Part shown: positions 57,433 through 64,000 of the stretch, one piece after another
Layout of the letters: each line of letters opens with the position of its first letter
How positions within the stretch are numbered: the stretch's first letter is position 1
Origin: Octopus sinensis
Lineage: Eukaryota
NCBI RefSeq assembly: GCF_006345805.1
Contig: NC_043013.1
Span: forward strand, 11,222,001 to 11,286,000
Length of the DNA stretch: 64,000 nucleotides
Reading direction: 5' to 3'
Notes under the pieces: generated by a model
What the model saw: the letters and a program-made list of their open reading frames with translations, nothing else
Told to the model about the DNA's origin: nothing
The model's database searches: none
Program-made: the position numbers and the translations under genes

Positions 57433-57574
57433 CAATGATAAGATTGAGAGTTTTCCATATTGGTGGTACCCGCAAAAATAACGGGTATACATATATTGTA
57501 TATCTATTAATATATGTATACCCGTTTATTTTTGCGGGTACCACCAATATGGAAAACTCTCAATCTTATCATTG
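57433..57574. repeat. Near-perfect inverted repeat (65/66-bp arms, 11-nt spacer)
   Basis: Left arm 57433-57497 and right arm 57509-57574 are exact reverse complements except for one extra T in the right arm. Confidence 0.97.
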
Positions 57575-57880
57575 ATGGTGCGAAACTAAGTATTACCACT
57601 TGGTTGATAGATAACTGGGGAAGGATTAGGGACATCATTGGTGTCCCACAATACCGCTATGCTTTATGACTTCATTGATTTCATTAAACATAACCACGTT
57701 AGAATTTTCGCGGTTGACTCTAAGCTTCTGAAGATCAACCCGAGGGTAGCTTCTCAACCCGCATCCGCTCTCTATTACCCGATAGGCTACAAGAGAACAA
57801 AAACGGTTAAATGAGAATAATTTGAACTAATCCATTTCAGTAAAAAAGATGTTCTTAAGCAACCACATACTCTTCCTTTG
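57560..57880 (+). pseudogene. Heavily decayed CR1-type reverse transcriptase remnant
   Basis: Frameshifted motifs IIDGAKLS, IGVPQ, DFIDFIKHNHVRIFAVDSKLLK (cf. YIND...S.IRIFADDSKL) and LNEN/FELIHFSKKDVLKQPHTLP (cf. LNEDKFEL.HFG...LKQPY.LP). Confidence 0.65.
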
Positions 57881-58138
57881 TGCTTTGGTGGTGCAAGCAA
57901 AGCGGATGGTATTTTTTCAGCCACACCACACATATAGTAATGCAGAGGTTAATTAGGAGGTCAGAATTTGAAACTGTTGAAGTCATATATAATGCATGAC
58001 GGACTATGAGGAAACTGCACCGACCATGGTTTGCATATCCAACATTGGGTAGTCACTGCAGTTGAAACACTTGTAGGACTGGAACATATACTGTAAATAA
58101 CTACTAACTAAAATTATGGATGTGAAAAATCTCAATTA

Positions 58139-58200
<62 letters not shown>

Positions 58201-58243
58201 ATGTATGGGTGTGTGTATGTATACATATATGCACTGTATATTA

Positions 58244-58275
<32 letters not shown>

Positions 58276-58479
58276 TATATTATGTGTGTGTGTGGTGTGT
58301 GTGTGTGTGTTGTGTGTGCATTGTGTATATATAAAAAGATATATAAACACCCACCACATACACAGACATGCACATGACCTCCATAAAACATCGTTTTATG
58401 TTTATTCTAACTTGTAAATGTTAATATCTTTTATAATTGACATCTTTATGTTTCAGATTCTATACGTAATTCTTTAATT

Positions 58480-59519
58480 ATGCCATGTATAAAAGAAGCC
58501 TTGGACCTGTCTGAATTTTCAAAGAGGCCTTATTACGTGTCATTGTGAAGGTCAACATAGTCAGCGTAAAATCACAGAAAACCTTGGGGTCCCGCTTTCT
58601 TCAGTTAATAGAGTGATCGCGCAATTCACCCGAGAAGGGAAGGAATCCACACCACTTCGTCCAGATCAGCCAGAGCCCTCTGATAGGACTCTTATCTTTG
58701 CTAAGAGAAGTGTAGAGGATAATTCTCGTTACGAGGCCTCTGACATAGCAGAACAAGTTGATATCTGTCCCAGAACAGCTTGTGAGGTATCTCCAGAAAC
58801 TTGGTTACTATGGCAGAGCTGCAAGAAAGAAGTCATTTCTTCGACCAGCTTACATTTCTTCGACCGGGGAAAAGATTGGGCTAGAGAAATGGTGGAGAGG
58901 CCACTAGCATTTTGGGAGTGTCATATTCTCTGATGAATCCAGATTTGTTGTATTTCCTGACAGTGGCCGAGTGTGAGTCTGGAGACTCTGTGTTCAAGAA
59001 TGTGATGTGAACAGATTGCAGGAAACAATGCAACACGGCAGCTATTCTGTGATGGTCTGGGGGAAATTGGAGCAATAATTGATCAGAACTGCTGGGGTGT
59101 GAGGGAAACATAAACTCAGATAATTATGTATCCATATTGCAGAAAAGACTCCTTCCAATCTTCTCCACGAGTGAAATAGTTAAAGAAGACTATTTCTGGA
59201 AGATAGGGCTCCTTGTCACACGGGTTAAATGACTCACGATTTATTGGATGAAAATGACAGTAAAAAAAAGCTTCCATGGCCAAGCCAGTCACCTGATATG
59301 AACCCTGTTGAACATTTCTGGGACACAAAGGATAGGACACTTCATAAAAAGGTCAAGAAAGCATCTTCAAAGCCAGATCTTTTGAGATTACTGCATGAAA
59401 CTTGGCAACAAATTCCGCAAGAGAATATTCGTCATATGATCATTAACATGTCTAATAGGGTCCTTGCATTGAAAAATGCAAAGCGCATGTTGACTAAATA
59501 TCAAATATTCACATTATAA
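58480..59519 (+). pseudogene. Tc1 (DD34E) transposase pseudogene
   Basis: Frameshifted: ...SQRKITETLG...RYLQKLGYYGRAARKK...VIFSDESRF...HGSYSVMVWG...APCH...LPWPSQSPDMNPVEHFWD...WQQIPQENIRHMIINMSNRVLALKNAK. TIRs not resolved. Confidence 0.92.
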
Positions 59520-59620
59520 CAATTAATGAATAATTAGAATGTAAAATTTCAGACTGAATGAAATTTTAATGATTATGAAGGTGTCTATTTAAAAAACATA
59601 AAAATGCAAACGGTATAGAA

Positions 59621-59682
59621 GTGCTCCAGCATGGCCGCAGTCAAATGACTGAAACAAGTAAAAGAGTAAAAGAGTAAAAGAA
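59621..59682 (+). mobile_element. Extreme 5'-truncated SINE-A/CR1-type tail
   Basis: Only GTGCTCCAGCATGGCCGCAGTCAAATGACTGAAAC(AAGAGTA)n is present. Confidence 0.85.
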
Positions 59683-60363
59683 TACAGTCTCATATATACT
59701 TTTGAATTTAAGTGTTAATTTATTTCCTGCAGTACACAGACAATGGCAAGCATGAGACCCTTGTTTCGACCTTAGAGCTTGTCTCCATGGACTAATGACA
59801 TTTTATACAGCTTCAGTTTGACCTATGTCTAGTCTGAAACTTACGTAAAGAATGCTCTGGTTTGTAAAATCTTTAGATGCTAACGTGTTAATTCAGGGGC
59901 AGGTAATTTGGTTGGTCGACCAACTAAAAGTACACCGTCTAAACTGACGGAGATCCATCCATATACATGAAAATATATGCATAGATGTATCTATGTATTT
60001 TTGTGCATATGTGTGTAAATCTGCTTGTCCATTTATCACTTTTAATGGTTTAAAATGTCTTACAAACGCGCATACGCACAGGTACATTCTCTCTTACACA
60101 TGTGTATAGTCATACGCGTGCGTGTATGTGTGTGTGTTCGCGTGCGCGTATGAAAGTGTGTGTGTGTGTGTTGTGTGTGTGCATGGCATTTGTTTTAATG
60201 AATGCCTTATAAATTATTATTCGTTGCCGTTATAGCTGTTAAACTTTACACCCCATTATTTATATATACTCAGACATACTTCATCACTACACACTCACAT
60301 ATACATATGTATGCATACATATAGACATACATACATACACATACATATATAGATACTTGTTTG

Positions 60364-60396
<33 letters not shown>

Positions 60397-61221
60397 ATAT
60401 ACATATATTCATATATATGTGTGTAAATATATATAACTGTATGCGTATATATATATGTATATCTATACACAGGCACACATAAACAAATATATATGTAGTA
60501 GTGGTTGTATTGTGCGTCTATTTCTGTGAGCTTACATGTATCTGTGAACGTAAGTGTGCGTTCTATATATTCTTGTCAATTCCCGTGCGAATATTACTAC
60601 ACATATATCTATGTGAACATATACGTGTGTCAAAATATATTTTCCTTCTGTCTAAACGTACATAATATAACACACAAATTTAAGGCAATTTAACTCGCTC
60701 GGAGACAGGTAAAAAAAAAATTACCATACCTTTGATGTACGTTTTCTAAATACACATCAGACTTACTGAGAACATCGTCGCCTTTCATTTGCTTAAGATT
60801 TGTCTTCTACCTTATATATATATCTATATATTTCTATTTTTTTGTAATGGTTTATTTTTAAAGATTTTCTTGAATCATTCGTTTGATTTATATATATATA
60901 TATATCGTACAGGTGCTAAATGAATTTAGGAAACAAGATGGGAATGACTGAAATATATGTTTAATCTTGAATATGTATGAAAGTTAATGGGACGAAGGGA
61001 AATATATATACGTTTCTTTGTTTTTTGTTTTCTTTTTCTTTTTTTACGTTTATTAAATTTTGTTCTATATTTGCTCTTCATCCCAAGGAAAATAACAAGT
61101 GACACTTTGAATATATAATTTAAATGCGCTACATACATGCATACATATATACATAACACACACACACACATTACATAATATATATACATCCATATATATA
61201 TATATATATATACATACATAC

Positions 61222-61288
<67 letters not shown>

Positions 61289-62261
61289 CACATATATATA
61301 TATGTATATATTTATATATATATATATGTATATAAGTTCAGCAAAATTTAGATTCAAATGAATATGATACTTAAGTTAGATGCACCAGAATTTTGTATGG
61401 TGTTATCCATATAAATCCTTGGGATGATTATAATAAAAAATAAGCAACAAGAATAACTTCGGTAATTTGGTACGATCGTTTCACGCTACATCATTTTATT
61501 AAATATTGTAAGTTTTACAACAGTTTTAAAATGTTGAGCAAGCATCAGCCATTAATAGAGGTTTTCCATTAATACATAATTTTCATATCAATTGATAACA
61601 TTATAGAGAAGATAGATGTATAGACAAAGATGTCGATTTAAATTTTAAGAACATTAAGGTAGTAGAGTTTATCAACTGACTGACGAATATTCAGAATATT
61701 CAGTTATTTTGAACTGCTAGAAGGTTGGGAAGAATGATCAGTTAACAGAAGACAAAAAAGATTTTCTATTTATAGAAATAGGGGTGAAATAGATGTCAGA
61801 ATTTTTTATAAAGAAATTAAGGTAGAGAGGGGAATCCGGACAAGGATTCTGGATTATTTTTTCTGTTTTTTTTTTCTTTTCGTTACTTAATTTTTTAGAG
61901 CGGTCGTGTTCATTTTTAGACTACTCCAGACAGATGACGAGCAAAAACTCAGAAGCTAGTCTCTGGATGCAAGCTTAGCTGGGTGGAGGTGCTTATCTTC
62001 CCCTTGCAAACATAAGGACACAGGAAATGTGTCCAAGCCGACAGGAAGCGCTGCTGCTTCCTAGTGTTAAATAGCAGAAGCATGATTCCCTTCATAGGAC
62101 TGTCACATTAAGTTGACAGTATACAACCATTTTAAAAATCATCTCTGACTAATCGTGAAGAGGACGTTGGCGTTGCCTTGGCGGAGGTTTGCGCTCTCTA
62201 AGTACTCTTGTTTGTTGTTGTTGTTGTTGTTGTTGTTGATGATGATGATGATGAAGCTGTT

Positions 62262-62706
62262 ATTTTATTTTATTTAACTAATGCCCTGTTGGAACTCCTG
62301 ATGTCTTGCATGCGTAGCGGTCTTCTAACTGCAGTTTACTGTACCACACTCTCTGTTCTTTTCCGCTATCTAATAATTTCTTGATGATTCTAGCAAAGAG
62401 GCAAAACTTTTAAAACAGAGCGACTGGAAATCTATGCCAATCTCTTTTTTGTCTGCCATGATTTTTGTCTGAAGTCTTTCAATATAATGTCTGGCTTATT
62501 TGCATCTATCTTTCAGTCAGTTTCAATGGTGAAGTTCCAGAGGAGTGAGATGTGATTATTTTCAAGCATTAGAAGTGGTTTGTGTTCCCACCAGTTTTTA
62601 TCATGGGACGGGTCCAGGTTCTTGCATATAACCCAGTGAATATATTGTGCTGCTCTATCACGCCTGTTGAGATACTCTGTAGGCGCATGACAGCACATGG
62701 AGACTG
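62262..62706 (-). mobile_element. R4/Dong-clade LINE 3' fragment (restriction-like endonuclease)
   Basis: APTEYLNRRDRAAQYIHWVICK...WWEHKP...LLWNFTIETD*KIDANKPDIILKD: zinc-knuckle remnant RH(D) plus the PD-(D/E)xK RLE start. 3' end has TAAAATAAAATAA. Confidence 0.88.
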
Positions 62707-62740
62707 CTATTATTGTTATCATTATTATTATTATTATTAA

Positions 62741-62837
<97 letters not shown>

Positions 62838-62879
62838 GTTACTATTACTATTATTATTATTATTATTATCATTATTATT

Positions 62880-62926
<47 letters not shown>

Positions 62927-62930
62927 CATT
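62707..62930. repeat. Long (ATT)n microsatellite
   Basis: About 220 bp of near-pure ATT directly abutting the R4/Dong fragment. Confidence 0.97.
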
Positions 62931-63967
62931 GTAAAGAACCCAAGCAAACGTTAATGCATGCAAGCCTCTTCTCTGTACTCGTCACTAATGTCATGTTACG
63001 AGATTGAAAAGGCCCACAGGAGCTTCGCAACTGAGTCATTGCAGGAGAACTGAAAACTTAAATATTCGGAACGTATACCATAGGATAATATCATACGGTG
63101 CTCCTACAATTACACAAATCCACCACCATCTTCAAAAGTTAATTTATTTACCGATCTCTGCAAAATTTATCGGTAAACTGAAGGGTGAGTATGTTGTCGA
63201 AGCGCCATGCACTCCGAGGAAAGACACCCGTATGAAACGCTCTATTTCATCCCAATTATTCACCTCGTTTAGTTTTCAATTTTTAGCTCGATTCATGTCG
63301 ATGCAGGCCATCACAAAATTACCAATATTAGTGCCTAAGTTTGCTTCATTGTCTTACAGACCAAAAATTCTAGTCTTTGTATTGATTACAGAACAACTGT
63401 TCTGAAGTGAATATGGTTTAATCACTTATCGATTAGGGCTATCATTGGCAAATCACTGATTAGACAAACTTAAGTAATTGGCACCGTTTATCACTTATGA
63501 ATGGGATAGAGAAATTAATAGCGTTTTCTTTGGACGAAACGAAAAAGTGATTAAATGTTTAAATGTCTGAGACGAGAGACTTCTCCGCACTATTAATTTC
63601 ATCTTTACAGTGAAGTTCTGAAATTCGTTTTGCAGCGAATGGTTTTGAGTTCAATCTTTGAGACGGCTCTTTGGAAAAACTTTTTTTTGCCACTGCCTGG
63701 AAGCGATAGAAATGTAAAAGAGTAAAAGTGTATTCGAAAGCCTACTGGAAGGAATGGTTTGAGGTACAGGACTTGAAATAACGCCTGATTTATTATCTAC
63801 ATATAGGTACTAGTTGTTTCAAGATGAGTACTCTCAATTGCAATTATTCTGGTCAGGCGATCACCCAGTGGATAAGGCTTCGATTCTTCGACCATGTCAT
63901 GGTATTTCTCTAAAATACGGTAGGAGCAACCTTTTAAACTTACTCCAATACATATGTGTGTAGCTGT

Positions 63968-63999
<32 letters not shown>

Positions 64000-64000
64000 G

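Noticed and set aside
58360-59600. TIRs for the Tc1 remnant
   Set aside because: Only a weak match (CCTCCATAA versus TTATGAAGG) that is insufficient to define ends.
62175-62215. CCTTGGCGGAGGTTTGCGCTCT motif resembling a Helentron-associated 3' end
   Set aside because: No matching 5' end was found upstream, and it is too short to call.
63004-63405. 133-aa ORF with an internal GTGAGT donor-like site
   Set aside because: Starts at a non-ATG codon, has no recognisable domain and no clear acceptor.

Overview
AT-rich, microsatellite-saturated animal genomic DNA. The SINE families, (TA)n/(TACA)n/(GATA)n load and TE mix suggest a coleoid cephalopod, probably Octopus (inference from repeat families, not a database match). 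I could not support any host protein-coding exon, tRNA gene or CRISPR array, and most ORF-track entries are microsatellite read-throughs. The window is a layered transposon record. DNA elements: a full-length decayed mariner inserted into a Helitron Rep remnant, a deleted mariner, a Tc1 remnant and a Helentron-like element. Retroelement remnants: Penelope-like (GIY-YIG), Tx1/L1, CR1 and R4/Dong. There are also at least four tRNA-derived SINE families. Highlights: (1) a ~1.7-kb poly(A)-tailed element encoding only an ORF1/Gag-like CCHC protein with no EN/RT ('half-L1'-like) at 8.0-9.7 kb; (2) a well-formed type I hammerhead ribozyme at 57.04-57.13 kb, with an inverted core-deleted twin and many decayed hammerhead motifs elsewhere; (3) a near-perfect 65-bp palindrome at 57.43-57.57 kb; (4) two SINE-LINE tail partnerships visible within the window, one with compensatory stem changes; (5) SINE dimers joined at the same nucleotide at three loci.
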